A stretch of 64,000 nucleotides of DNA from Octopus sinensis (taxonomy: Eukaryota), in assembly GCF_006345805.1 (NCBI RefSeq), contig NC_043011.1:40622464-40686463 (forward strand). The letters are read 5' to 3'. Position numbers and translations under genes: made by a program. The first letter of the stretch is position 1. The number at the start of each line of letters is the position of its first letter. A model generated the notes under the pieces. The model worked only from the letters and a program-made list of their open reading frames with translations, was not told the DNA's origin and searched no databases. Of the stretch, positions 38,602 to 52,290 are shown piece by piece.

Positions 38602-38664
<63 letters not shown>

Positions 38665-39008
38665 TATATATATATTTATTTATATATATATATATATTTA
38701 TTTACATATATACATATATATATATTTATTTATATTTTTTTATATATTCATTTATATATGTAGTATATATATATATAAATGAGTAGTAGATAGACAGACG
38801 ACAACTGATGGAGTGTCCTTTCTCTGGGTTTACTTGTCCTGTTTTCCTTTTTCTCTCGTTGTTTACGTATTTAGCTTGTTTCTTTTAGTATATTTTTGCA
38901 CAGTTGGCGACGTCCTCCAGCCATCAATTATTCTGTATCTTTCAATACATACATACATACATACATATATGTATGTATGTTATATATATATATATATATA
39001 TATATAGA

Positions 39009-39048
<40 letters not shown>

Positions 39049-39119
39049 CATATATATATATATATACAGATATATAATATATATATATATATACTATATC
39101 TATATATATATACATTATA

Positions 39120-39154
<35 letters not shown>

Positions 39155-39311
39155 TATATATAGTATATACATATTAGATATGTATATATATATATATATG
39201 TATATCTATAGATATATGTATATATATATATGTATATATATATATGTATATATATATGTATATATATATATATGTATCTATATATGTATATATATGATGT
39301 ATATATATATG

Positions 39312-39373
<62 letters not shown>

Positions 39374-39470
39374 GTATATATATATATATATGTATACATA
39401 TATATATATATATGTATATATATATAGATATATATATATATTATATATACATACATAATGTATGTATGTA
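38560..39470. repeat. Long imperfect (TA)n low-complexity tract
   Basis: Directly visible; interrupted by ~200 bp of unique sequence. Confidence 0.9.
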
Positions 39471-39688
39471 TGTATTGAAAGATACAGAAATAATGATTCT
39501 CAACGCGTGATAATGCTAATAAAATAGCATTATCACGTTTGAGAATACATTATTTCTGTTTCTTTCAATACATCTCAACGCTTCTAAAGCAAACTTTGTC
39601 TGTTTACTTTCATCAGAAGTTGAATATATACGTATATGTGTGTATATATATATATATATACAGATTAGTGGTACATCAAGGCACCAAT

Positions 39689-39724
<36 letters not shown>

Positions 39725-40059
39725 GTACATAAAAATATATTTACATATATATATATACATATAAATATAATTATATACACATATAAATATATACATACAT
39801 ATAAATATATACATATTTATACATATAAGCATATACATATATATACATATAAATATATATTTATATATATATTTATAAACATATAAATATATATACATAT
39901 GTGTACACATAAATATATATATATAGCTCTTTCAAATAAAGTATGAAGAACAAAAACAATTAAATTATATATAATTTCGGAAACCGGTACTGAAACGTTC
40001 TTCGTGATAAAAGTATCTTAGCATTTTCTGCCTTGTCCTATTTTCCTCACACACAAACA

Positions 40060-40113
<54 letters not shown>

Positions 40114-40200
40114 AGAGTTCACGGAAAAAACAAAAGACGAAGACAGGTGGTGTACAAAACGAACAGATGTATTAGTATAACGCTCAGGAATTGAAAAAGT

Positions 40201-40236
40201 CTTTTACGTTTCGAGCCTACGCTCTTCTACAGAAAG
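40201..40236 (-). ncRNA. Variant hammerhead motif (A6U)
   Basis: CUUU CUGUAGA A GAGC GUAG GCUC GAAA CG UA AAAG, with perfect stems I and II. Confidence 0.6.
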
Positions 40237-40463
40237 GGACACAGAAAAAAACAAGAAGAGAAACAAGGAAAGAAAAAAATGTGTGTAGTGGCTACTGACC
40301 CATCATGGCGACTGCCGGACAGAAGGGTCACACAGGAGAGCGAAGAAGTAGGGGAGATAACAAAGTGTATACATATAATCATCTGTCTGGATTTTTTGTT
40401 GTCCCTTTTTTGTATCAGCTACCTGTCTGGATGTTTTGCATTCTTGTCCCATTTTTTGTATTC

Positions 40464-40497
<34 letters not shown>

Positions 40498-41935
40498 ATA
40501 TAGTATTGTATTTGGCTGCAAAATTCATTCACTATAAACCCATGTCACTGATTATGTTTTTAAAGTCTTTCGCCGACGACTTTGGCAATTTCAGCAAACA
40601 AATATTGTTGAACCGAGTGTATGTTTCTGTGCCAATACGTATTTTTTCTCCGATAGCGTGACTTATTGTCTATGGCTGTATGGATGCTTATATATACATA
40701 TATATATATATTATATATAGTTACATATGTATACCTGTTCGTGTTTGTGTATATACACATGTATATGATGACAGACTGATTGACAGTGGGGCGTTACGTA
40801 CAGCACCATCGGAGAAACAAAAGGAATTGCACCTGACCATAGTCTGAGTGAAATTATGAAAAAATTAAAAACTTGTCTAAGTACTTTCATCTGCTGAGTT
40901 CACAGAACACTGAATATTAAACAAAAACAGCAATAATAAACATATACACACGCACATATATACACCCACGCATGCACGCATGCACACATACATGGACAGA
41001 GATGCACATACATACATACATCGAATCAGACATATATCATAAATATGGAACCACAAATGCATATACATCTTTACATCCATATATAGTATAACATATATAA
41101 ATGTATATGTGTGTGTGCGTGTAGTAATGTATAAAGAACAATTTTATTTCATTCTAAACGTGTAGAAATATAGGAAAATAGAAGTTAAAAATGCACTGAG
41201 AATATTTTTAATTATTGTATTTAAAGTTGTAACCGGTTTCACTGTTCATACTCATTTTCAAAAAGTTCAAATATAAAGACGTAGCTTATGTCGCAGCTGT
41301 CTTGCTTCTAAATAGTGTTTGAAGCTAGCCCTATTTTTATAGGGAGTTCATGACTCAAGCTAGTATATGTTTTGAATAGGATTTGATTGGTAGGGGATAG
41401 TCACATGACTGGTTTAAAAACTTTTTGTAGGTTCCCTTCTACGTATAGGTTTTAGTATCAAGTGACCATGTGTAGCGTCGTACGTTAAGGCCCACACGGT
41501 TAACTGAACACGTCTAGTACTAACCATTCAATGCTCTGAACGTTTTCTGTCAGGTGTTTCTAAAGAATGAACACGTGATTAAGTTTAGAAACTTATGTAC
41601 ATTTCCCGCTACGTCCGCGTGTGTTAGTGTCGCATGGCAGTATATGTTGCACCTAAGATGAAACCCGATACGGTCACGCGACGGTATATTTTACCCCCAG
41701 AATGAAGGCCGTCACGTTTGAGTTAACATGCTTAGTTACAATTGTAACTTAATATGAACGCCCTATAAAAATAGGACAACCTTCAAGCACTAGTCAGAAG
41801 CAAAGCAGCTACAACGTAAGCCACATCTGTCTATTTCAAAAGTTTAAAGATCAGCGTAAAATTTGAAACAAATTGAATCTCTATATATGATAATAAAAAT
41901 ATCTGAATTATTCTCAGTTATTTTCAACTTCTATT

Positions 41936-41976
<41 letters not shown>

Positions 41977-42042
41977 GGGTGATTCAAAAGTCACCACACA
42001 TAGGAAAATTTTTATAAGAGACAGTTAAATAAACAACTATAT

Positions 42043-42089
<47 letters not shown>

Positions 42090-42090
<1 letters not shown>

Positions 42091-42475
42091 TTATTCTTTT
42101 ACTTGTTTCTGTCATTATGACTGCTGCCATGCTTGAGCACCGCCCTTGACTCGAAGAAATCGACCCGATGACTTATTCTTTGTAAGTCTTGTAGTTATCC
42201 CATCGTGCTCTTTTGCCGAACCCCTAAGTTACAGGAATGCAAATACACCAGCATCGGTTATCAATCGATGATGGAGGAGGGGGACAAGCACAGGCACAAA
42301 CATAAATACACACCCACATATACACACACACCTATATACATATATATACGACGGTCTTCTTTTCAGTTTCCGTCTACCAAATCCTCTCACAAGGCTTTGA
42401 TCGGCCCGAAGATATACTAAATGACACATACCCAAGGTGGATCGCAGTGGGACTGAACCAAGAACCCTGTGGTTG
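42090..42475 (-). mobile_element. Degenerate SINE family B
   Basis: Reverse complement of 32269-32689 with divergence. Confidence 0.7.
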
Positions 42476-43447
42476 GGAAATGATATACATGTATCACAGA
42501 GTCTTGTTCATCAAGAATCATACGAAACACACACACACACATATATATATATGCGTGTTTGATTATATATAAGTGTGTATATATATAATATGTGTATGTG
42601 TATTTATATATGTGTGTATGCATATGTATGTATATGTGTATGTGTGTATATATATATATGCGTGTGTATATATATGTATATATATATAAGTACATATATA
42701 TATATATAGCTAAATTCTGTACGACTCTCTTACTCTTCTTTTAACCCCCTTCACGCCCTCTTCGTTCTTTCAACTTTTCTTTTTCTCGCTCTTACTCTCT
42801 CACATTTCTTGGCCTTCCCTTCATTCTCACTTTCCCTTATAACTCACTCTGTTCCTTTCCTTTCTTTTTCTCTCTTTCTCGTCCCTTCCTAATTCTTCAG
42901 CCCCTCTGCCCCTACTTCTCTCCTCTCCTTCCACGTGACCGGTATTCCACCAGATCTGGCCTTTCTTTCTTGGTTCGACTACCACTAGTGTAGCATCTCT
43001 TATATTTCTTCCTGTGACTTATCTCTTATGTCCCTGGCGTAAGGCTTCACTTCCACACACGCCAGCTTTATTTAAATCGTCCTCAGTCGAAAGACAACTG
43101 TTGTTAATGTCCTATCGTTTGTATTTGTAATTGTGTACCATTTCTTCGTTTATTTCGTGCTTTGTTTACGTATACATTCGCTTGCTTTCGTCCAAGGAAT
43201 CTAGTGCTCTTAGTTTAGATTTTCTTGAGGCCGGCCTGGTTGGAGCAGTCTCCATTGTAATCGGCGGTAAAAACTTCCATTTCAGATATGGCTACATCTT
43301 ATTTCACAGGCCCTACATTCTTCCCGTTAGATATACTGAAACTGATTGTGCTCTCCATTGGTCAGATTGCTAATAGAAATTTCTTTTCTATAGAAAACGT
43401 GCACACCATGAACTATAGACTTTCTGGTTTCATACACTTATGTATAT

Positions 43448-43490
43448 ACTAGTAGAGATATCCGGCGTTGCTCGGGATTAAAATGGCATA
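43448..43490 (-). mobile_element. Helitron-type 3' end (also at ~58155-58195)
   Basis: Minus strand reads CCCGAGCAACGCCGGATATCTCTACTAG then T: a GC-rich hairpin-like stretch followed by CTAG. Confidence 0.55.
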
Positions 43491-43677
43491 GTATTTATTT
43501 TTACTTGTTTCAGTAGTCATTTGACTGTGACCATGCTAGTGCACCGCTTTTAGGCGAACAGAAAGGAAGGAAGGAAGGAATGAAGAAAGGAAGAAATTAA
43601 GGAAGGAAGAAAGAAAGAAATGATCAAATGAACAAAGGAAGAAAGAAAGAAAGAAAGAGAGAAAGAAAGGGGGAAGG

Positions 43678-43743
<66 letters not shown>

Positions 43744-43787
43744 GGAAAGAGAAATGAATTTATAACAAAATAAAATGTTGCTTTTTA

Positions 43788-43966
43788 TGTGTGTGATTTG
43801 AGAGGAAATGCTTGAGCCATGCAGGCTTAGTGAACCATTTGAGAACTCACAGGAATCGAACCTTTTAAATTGTGATACGGTTATTGTTCCCAAAAGAACA
43901 TGTGCAACCTATGGAAAGGTGTGCCTTTCAGTTGGAAGATTGAAAAACCATTTCAAAAGACTTCAT
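43788..43966 (+). pseudogene. Two decayed C2H2 zinc fingers, probably an RTE LINE C-terminus remnant
   Basis: CVI(*)..KCLSHAGLVNHLRTH with a stop and frameshift, then CAT(Y)GKVCLSVGRLKNHFKRLH with the second Cys lost. Confidence 0.5.
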
Positions 43967-44104
43967 AATGTGGCACCTGTCTCTTCTGCCAGCCAGCACA
44001 GCTGTGGGTGATGCAGTAGAAATTACAGTATACAGAGAGTGAGAGAGAGAGAGAGAGAGACAGAGAGAGAGAGAGAGTGAGTAAGTGAGAGAGAGAGAAT
44101 GAGT

Positions 44105-44144
<40 letters not shown>

Positions 44145-44466
44145 TTTGCGTTCCAACTGTAAGGAAAATAACCATTATTTAGAATTCCGTGTGTATTCCT
44201 GCACATCGAAAGGGAAAGTGTGAAGCGGAGTCATATTGCAGTGTTTCAGTACGATTTTCATTTGTTGGACGCTACGTAGAGAAAACAAAAAAAAAAACAA
44301 CACAAGAGTGTTTGTTTATAAAATATGTAAAAAAAATATTTATCATCTAAATATTTTCTTATGAACAAACTCTCCTGCTTCGTTCCACCTTCCAGATGTA
44401 CGTGTATGTGTGTATGTGTGTGTGAGTGTTTGTGTGTGTGTGTGCATGCGTGCGAGGATGTGTTAT

Positions 44467-44497
<31 letters not shown>

Positions 44498-44560
44498 GAG
44501 CGTCCAATAACACTATACTTGTTCTACGTCCTCGCGTTGTTGTTTTCATGTTGGATTAAC

Positions 44561-44621
<61 letters not shown>

Positions 44622-44632
44622 ATAAATATTAT

Positions 44633-44665
<33 letters not shown>

Positions 44666-44676
44666 CATATAAAATC

Positions 44677-44746
<70 letters not shown>

Positions 44747-45414
44747 GTGTATGTATCAAATATATATATGTATATACATACATATGTGTGTGTGCATATA
44801 TGTATATATATATATATATATTTATGTATATATATAAATATATGTATATATATATATATCTATATATATACAATACATACATATATGTGTGTGTGCATGT
44901 CTGTATTTGCATCTTTGTGTATATAAAAACCTAATATGTATATATATAAATATAATATATATATATATATAGATATATACATACAGACATGGATACATAC
45001 GTATTTATATATAACATATTTAGATATACGCAAACAACAACCAATACCGATTCGGCCTGCAAACTATAGGCTGCCTCGCAATAATATATTAAACATATGA
45101 ACAAAAAATCGAAGTAGACACTGTGCCAATACAAAATTATATCGTCACGTTATTTCACAATAAGCCAAATAAAGAGGATTCGCTTGTTCTGTCTGCGTTG
45201 TTTTTCTTTTTGTTTTTGTTTTTCCTTCCCTTCAGCTACTGCGGATGTTTTAATATAAACCGACCAGTTTATCATTGTTTACTCTCAAAGTCTTGTTAAT
45301 TCTTTATAATACATTTAATTTTCCTTTTTTTTTTATTGTTGTTGATGAAATTTTTAATTTTAAATTGTTTCAAGTATTCCCTTTTTTTTATAAATCCATC
45401 CTAACAACATTATG

Positions 45415-45469
<55 letters not shown>

Positions 45470-45470
45470 A

Positions 45471-45516
<46 letters not shown>

Positions 45517-45531
45517 CATCATTGTTGTTGT

Positions 45532-45576
<45 letters not shown>

Positions 45577-45599
45577 TATTATTATTATTATTATTATTA

Positions 45600-45644
<45 letters not shown>

Positions 45645-45645
45645 T
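45415..45645. repeat. Compound trinucleotide microsatellite (CAT)n(TAT)n(AAT)n(TAT)n
   Basis: Directly visible. Confidence 0.95.
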
Positions 45646-46029
45646 AATTTGACGCATTTTATTGTTTCCGAATTAATCTAGTCTCAGATCTACAGGACCA
45701 CGTTGTTATTTTAGTTTTTTTCTGTTACTGTTTCTTTTTTTCTGTTGTTGATTTTTTTTTATATTCTAAAAAACAAGCTTCACCGTTTTTGTCTTTAAAA
45801 TTTTTCTCATATATCAAAAATTTTCTCTTCACCGTTATATTGTTTCATTTTTACATTGTTTCTTTTTTCAATCACCATTTTCACCTTCCTTTTTTCTCAC
45901 CCTCTTCCTCTTTAAATCACTCCCACCACCACAAATCATGGCCATTACAGCATTAACAACAATGACACAAACCAACACGACAGATATTTTTCTATTCTCT
46001 TTTTCTGTCCGGTTTCCCTCGTTGAAAGA

Positions 46030-46293
46030 CTAAACACCAGTATCCATGAAATTGCGGGTTTCTTCTTCGTCCGGCGATAATTGCTTATCCGCACTGAAAT
46101 CGTCTGACATGGAAAACATTTCCTTTGTTCCGTTGAGTTTTTGGTCGTAGAGTAGCTCCTGCTGCATGGCTAGGTTGATGGTCATCGCCTGTTTTTGTAA
46201 ACTCAGTGACGAGATTCTCGAACAGCGCGTGGCCGTGGTTCGGCTGTGTGAGTTTTGACAGCATTTCAACTTCATGCGGAGAGTTTGTCGAAC
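46030..46293 (-). CDS. Terminal coding exon (87 aa plus stop), likely the C-tail of a class B/adhesion-type GPCR
   Basis: Strong acceptor (T)n ATCTGTCTCTTCAG with AG at 46295-46294, phase 0. Non-repetitive VRQTLRMKLKCC.. resembles helix 8 plus a cysteine pair. Ends in -DTGV*, a class I PDZ motif. AT-rich UTR-like sequence follows. Confidence 0.6.
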   Translation of the reverse strand, partial: VRQTLRMKLKCCQNSHSRTTATRCSRISSLSLQKQAMTINLAMQQELLYDQKLNGTKEMFSMSDDFSADKQLSPDEEETRNFMDTGV

Positions 46294-47667
46294 CTGAAGA
46301 GACAGATAAAAAAAAAAAAGAAAATAGAAATACGTGTGAACAAAAGTATACAAGTATAACATGAGGGGAATTGTTAAGATTACGACGGACAAGCCGAAAC
46401 TTCGAAGTGAGTGTCTCTTTTCCTTGTACTCTAATAAAAGTATTGAGTAATTATTCAGTTCAATACAAGATTGTTTTTCTAATATAAGTTACCACAAGCA
46501 CACAAACATGTTTATAAAGCAACCATTCTTACCTTTTCTTATGTATACGTGTATGTACGTGTGTGTGTAGTACGTATATAACCTTTATCGTTTAATTCTT
46601 TCAGCCAATAGACTGCGACCATGGTGGGGCACCGCCGCTTTCAAGAATTTCTAGTCGAATGAATTGACCACGTTATTTTATTTTTTGTTAAGTCTGATAC
46701 TTATTCTATCGGGCTCTTTTGCTGAACCGCTACATTACGGGCTCATAAACACACCAACAACGGTTCACAATCGGTAGTGGAGAACAAATACACACACACA
46801 CACACACCACACACACACACACGCACGTATACATAAAGTATAGATTGATCTGACTTTATAGAAGTTGATTTGCTAAGGTTGTCACTCAGTCGGATTGAAC
46901 TCGAGAACTCACAACCGCAAAGTGAAATCTTCAGTCATTCAACCACAGTGCTGCTATTATCGGAAGCATGAGATATTTTTTTTTATTGATTCCACATACC
47001 ATGTTCGGGCGAATTCAGTACATAAACTGTTTCAGTACCTACATCATACAATCGTGTGTGTGTTTGTGTGTGTATATATGTATGTGTGTATGCATGTTCG
47101 TGTATATATATTTATGCATGTATGTGTGTGAGTATATGTGTGTGTACATGTGTGTGTGTGTGAGTATGTATTATGTATGTATGTGTATATTTATATATAT
47201 AATGGACATAATTACGCGACTCATGTGTGCAAGCATGTGTGTTAGCACATATGTTCCTAAATGCGTATGTATATGGGTATATACTTTCAGAACTTAGCTT
47301 AATCTGACAGCGAAAAAACAGTCGATTAAATTATCTATAATTTTAACCTGTGTCTAGTATTTGATAAAAAAAAAAAAAAAAATAAATAAATAAAATGCCT
47401 ACAATTTCTACCAATATTCAAAGTTTTTTTTTTAATTCTAAGAGAAAAATAATTTCAACATAAAATCCACGTCTAAAATATAAATTAAAACATCCAAAGT
47501 TTTAACTTGAAAGAGAATCTCACTCAACCAACTTCAGATGTAGATGTTAAAAAAATCGTACATGACTGGCAAAATTGAGTGGAACTTTGTAACGTTCGAG
47601 ATTTTTAGCAGTAAAAACCGCGTTCGTCGTACTATATATAACTCGTAGTATAATGTAAAGGTAATAA

Positions 47668-48070
47668 TAAGGCGGTGAGCTGGCAGAAACGTTAGCACGC
47701 CGGGCGAAATGCGTAGCCGTATTTCGTCTGCCGTTACGTTCTGAGTTCAAATTCCGCCGAGGTCGACTTTGCCTTTTATCCTTTCGGGGTCGATTAAATA
47801 AGTACCAGTTACCCACTGGGGTCGATTATAATCGACTTAAACCGTCTGTCTGTTCTTGTTTGTCCCCTCTGTGTTTATCCCCTTGTGGGTGGTAAAGAAA
47901 TAGGTATTTCGTATGTTGCTACATTCTGAGTTCAAATTCCACCGAGGTCGACTTTGCCTTTCTTCTTTTCGAGGTCGATAAATGAAGTAATAGTTGCGTA
48001 CATAGGTCGATCTAATCGACTGGTCCCCTCCCCCAAAATTTTGGGCCTTGTGCCTACAGTAGAAAAGAAT
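47668..48070 (+). mobile_element. SINE family A: head, two tandem bodies and tail
   Basis: TAAGGCGGTGAGCTGGCAGAAACG.., two GAGTTCAAATTCC motifs, then the tail CCCCAAAATTTTGGGCCTTGTGCC. Confidence 0.85.
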
Positions 48071-48100
48071 ATAACTAATAGTGATCATAATAATAATAAT

Positions 48101-48674
48101 GCTACACTGGAAGCTATGCCAGCACTATGGAATAACAATAGAAAAAAGATGGCATAGGCACACGTCAGAAAAGGTCACAGAAAGTGAGAAAGCAACAATA
48201 CTATGGGATATGCCAACACACACAGATAGAGAAATTAAGGAAAATAGGCCAGATATTGTTGTCAGAGCACATGCAGAAAAAAAATGCTTTCTAGTTGATG
48301 TATCAATACCAACAGATGACAACGTTTCTCTGAAAGAAATGGAGAAACTTCAAAATACAAAATCCTGGAAGTAGAGGTTACTCAAATGTGGAGTCTAAAA
48401 ACAGAAACAATTCCTATCATAGAGGGCGCATTAAGTATGATAAAAAAATATTCAGACAAATACATAACGAAAACACCAGAACTAACAAATATATATAACA
48501 TACAGAAAATAGCATTACTACGCACCCAATACATCCTACGTAAAACACTTTCAATACAGTAACAATAAGAGCTTCGCAACAAACCAGAGCACATACCCAA
48601 AGCACACAGAGCTGCGCCCGGTAGTGCAGTGAAAGCATGTCATGAAAATATGACTACTGAATAATAATAATAAT
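48101..48674 (+). mobile_element. 5'-truncated R4/Dong-like non-LTR element: restriction-like endonuclease domain, 3' UTR, (TAA)n tail
   Basis: HWKLC..TILWD..TD..NRPDIV..CFLVDVSIP.D.N..KE.EK, then after a frameshift MWSLKTETIPIIEGAL..IQKIALL..ILRK; flanked by (TAA)n on both sides. Confidence 0.85.
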
Positions 48675-49435
48675 CCGCTATAGGTACAAGACCTGAAACT
48701 TTAGAGGAAGGGTTTGATCGATTAGATCGACTCCCGCACTCGACAGGTTTTTGAAATAACAAAGGATTAAAGTTAAACGAAGTTTTATATTATGCTAGAG
48801 GATTGGTTAAAGTTCGTTGATTAGACCCGTTCATGCAACGTTTCGCAGGAAGTAAATCAATTCTATAAATGTTTCCCAGCACAGTGTAGCAAGCGAACTT
48901 TATATTAATATAATACGTAGTTCTCTGTCCGTCCGCGCGTCCGTCTGTCTGTCACACGATAGTTCAATGATATGTCATAATTTACGATTTCCTTTATAAA
49001 TACACAGGCGGTGATTTTCAAGTAATATAAATATAAAGAGAGAAACCAAAATACATTGAATATATTTAATTTACTCGTGCAGTTCATATATGCAAGGAAA
49101 TGGAAAATATGGTTTGTGAAAGTTTATATTTTCCTCACCTGTCACCGAGAAAAAAAATGGCCGTAAATACTTCATTCTCAATTACAACAATAGACAGTTT
49201 AATTAAAAGGAAAAAGATTGAGACAGGGAGATTGGAATTTGAGAGAAAAAGTTAAAATAAAACAGTGACACATTTCAGAAAGCTCTCAGTCAGTCAGAGA
49301 GTTAATACTGCTATAAATCTATTTCGTGTCAATTTACAATACGAAACTATTTATTTCTGAGGTAGGTAAAATACTTTATAAAATACTTCAGTCAGTAATA
49401 CTGTCAAACGTGCAGTTTCTAGGGTAAATATATTG

Positions 49436-49854
49436 CTCTTTTACTCTTTTACTCTTTTACTTGTTTCAGTCATTTGACTGTGGCCATGCTGGAGCACCGC
49501 CTTTAGTCGAGCAAATCAACACCAGGACTTATCCTTTGTAAGCCTAGTACTTATTCTATCGGTCTCTTTTGCCGAACCGCTAAGTTATGGGAACGCAAAC
49601 ACACCAACATCGGTTGTCAAGCGATGTTGCGCGGACAAACACAGACACACAAACATATGCACACACACACACACACTCATATATATATACATATATACGA
49701 CGGGCTTCTTTCAGTTTCCGTCTACCAAATCCACTCACAAGGCTTTGATCGGCTCGAGGCTATAAGTAGAAGACACTTGCCCCAGGTGCCACGCAGTGGG
49801 ACTGAACCCGGAACCATGTGGTTCTTGAGCAAGCTACTTACCACATAGCCACTC
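49436..49854 (-). mobile_element. Full-length SINE family B
   Basis: Reverse complement of 32269-32689. Confidence 0.85.
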
Positions 49855-50266
49855 ATTGAACACTTAATTAATTTTTAATATACAACAATAGCGATTTTTT
49901 TGTTTCTTTTTATTTCGTGAAACCTGACTTTTGTGGTTAAGAAGTCCGAGTTGCAATCACTTGGGTCCAGATTCACTCCCATTGCACGACATTTTCACAC
50001 CTATTGAAACTTATTCTGAATACTTAAACCATATTCCCTCCTCTTACCGCCTACCTATAGGACCATCAGTGGCTTTATTTTTACTCCGTTCTTTATCTCC
50101 TCTTCCCACTACTCTTGCTAAAACACATGCACTTACTGTCCTCGTGCATATGGCTCTATATAAGATCACTCGGTCGTTAACTCTAATTATGACAATGCAT
50201 TAATATGAATCTCTCAAGTACTTTACTTTTCTTTGAAGAAGGAAGCGGTGGCCAATAACGGATATA

Positions 50267-50787
50267 CCGTAAATCATCGAGTATAGTCCGCCCTTAAGTA
50301 TAATACGCAGGGGATTTTTAGGGGGTTGTACTTTTGAAAAACCTACACCTTGTGTATAATATGCACCCCTTCTCTAACTAGAGTCGTGCGTAATTAAGCC
50401 AGCAGCACCTAGTCGAACAAACACTTCCGCGCATGCGTAATACAATAATGGTGATGTTCTTAACTGTTATATGGGAATGTAAATATGTTTGCAAATTGTT
50501 TTTTTACATGTTATTCTGTGTACCGAATACTCTTATTTTAATAAATGTTGCTTACTGCAATTTATGGATGGTTCTTTTATGACTTCATTGCTTTCAGGCT
50601 TAGCTTAAGGTATTTTCGCGCCCGACATCACAAAATGCATCTGGATAAACATTGCCGGACAGCAAATAGAGACTCGGACATTGCTTAGAAAATATTTTTC
50701 ATTTTAAACCTCGTATATAGTATGCTCTAGGCATTTTGACCTTTAAATTTTTGGAAAAAAGTGAGAATTATACTCGAGGGTTTACGG
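50267..50787. mobile_element. Tc1/pogo-type MITE
   Basis: TIRs CCGTAAATCATCGAGTATA / TATACTCGAGGGTTTACGG with TA on both sides. Confidence 0.75.
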
Positions 50788-51211
50788 TAAATCTCATTTA
50801 TTTGTCTGGACAACTGGTCCCCTAGAAACGGTCGTCGGACTTTTAATACTTAAACCTTTTATATTTTACCTTAATTCTGTGGTATCACTTTTATTCTCTA
50901 AGTCGCACTATGTATATATTTTTTTAATATATTTTTGATGTGTTTATATATTTATGTATTAATATATTTTTTTATGTCTTGATAAGTCTATATTTATATA
51001 TCTATATATTTTTAATGCTTTTGATGTATTAAATATATCTTTCAAACTTCATGCTTGTTGATTCTATGACTGAATGTACGTATTATTATATGTGAATTGA
51101 TTTAATTAATTTGATTCTCATTTCTATATTCCTCTTAACACCTCAAGTTCGAATCTCTTGAGCACTTCAAAGTGCTGTCTATACATTGGAAAATTATTAT
51201 TTCTCTCTTAA

Positions 51212-51312
<101 letters not shown>

Positions 51313-51660
51313 TGTGTGTGTATTACTGGTTACAGTTATTGGACTGCAACTATGCTAGGGCACCGACTCTGGAAACATGGTTGTTTCGTTCATCATCCTT
51401 AAACTCCCCTTATTCAGGGACCTTTTGAGCAAGAAAATTCTGACTGGGCCCCACCTGCAAGGTCGTGCACTGTTTATCTCGATATGAGATCACCACGTCG
51501 GGTACACATGGTTTTGATGCATGTGCCTGATATACCCTTTTCAAACGGGTAGCATGATGGGTATATTGGGTTTCGTACCCCAGTGTTATTTTTATGACAT
51601 GCACTGCTCTCTCACTCAATAATGATGATGACGATGATGATGATGATGATGATAATAATA

Positions 51661-51699
<39 letters not shown>

Positions 51700-52129
51700 T
51701 GATAATAATAATAATAATTATAACAATGATAATAATAATAATTATAATAATGATGATGATGATGATGACGACTTCATTTATTTGCGACCAGGGCGAAGGA
51801 TGAGAGGAAAATGCAAAGTCAGGTACAAAATGTGGGGGTTTACTTATAATGAAATGATAAAATGAATGAATAAATAAATAGCAAAAAAAAAAAGAGTAAA
51901 TATACACGATATACAATAAAGAGGAAGTAAAATACACACAGTATACAAAGGTTAAAATAGAAAGGAGAATGGGAGATATGTAGTGATCCTGATATAAGAT
52001 GACCTTTAAAGATAATCGAGGAATCCCAATATCCAAGATCTCCCTGAAAGCGAAGTGCAAGTACCTTCCCCAATTCCCCTTCACCGTTTCACAGGGCTAC
52101 ACTCTTAACCATTTTCGCAAATAATAAGG

Positions 52130-52290
52130 ATGATAGCCTCACATTTTTGCACATCGACCCCAGTAGTCGACTGGTACTTATTTTATCGACCCCGAAAGTG
52201 TGAGAGGCAACGTCGATCTCAGCGGCATTTGAACTCAGAACGTAAAAACTGTCGAAATGCCGCTAAACTTTTCGCTAACGATTCTGCCAG
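52130..52290 (-). mobile_element. Degenerate SINE family A
   Basis: ATCGACCCCGAAAG..TTTGAACTCAGAACGT..ACGATTCTGCCAG. Confidence 0.65.

Noticed and set aside
46378-46412. GAAA plus palindrome ACTTCGAAGT
   Set aside because: No CUGANGA core, and G at position 17.
46520-46580. AAG/GTAAG donor on the minus strand as the penultimate exon of the GPCR-like gene
   Set aside because: The upstream sequence is CA/TA-rich and does not encode a TM7-like segment.
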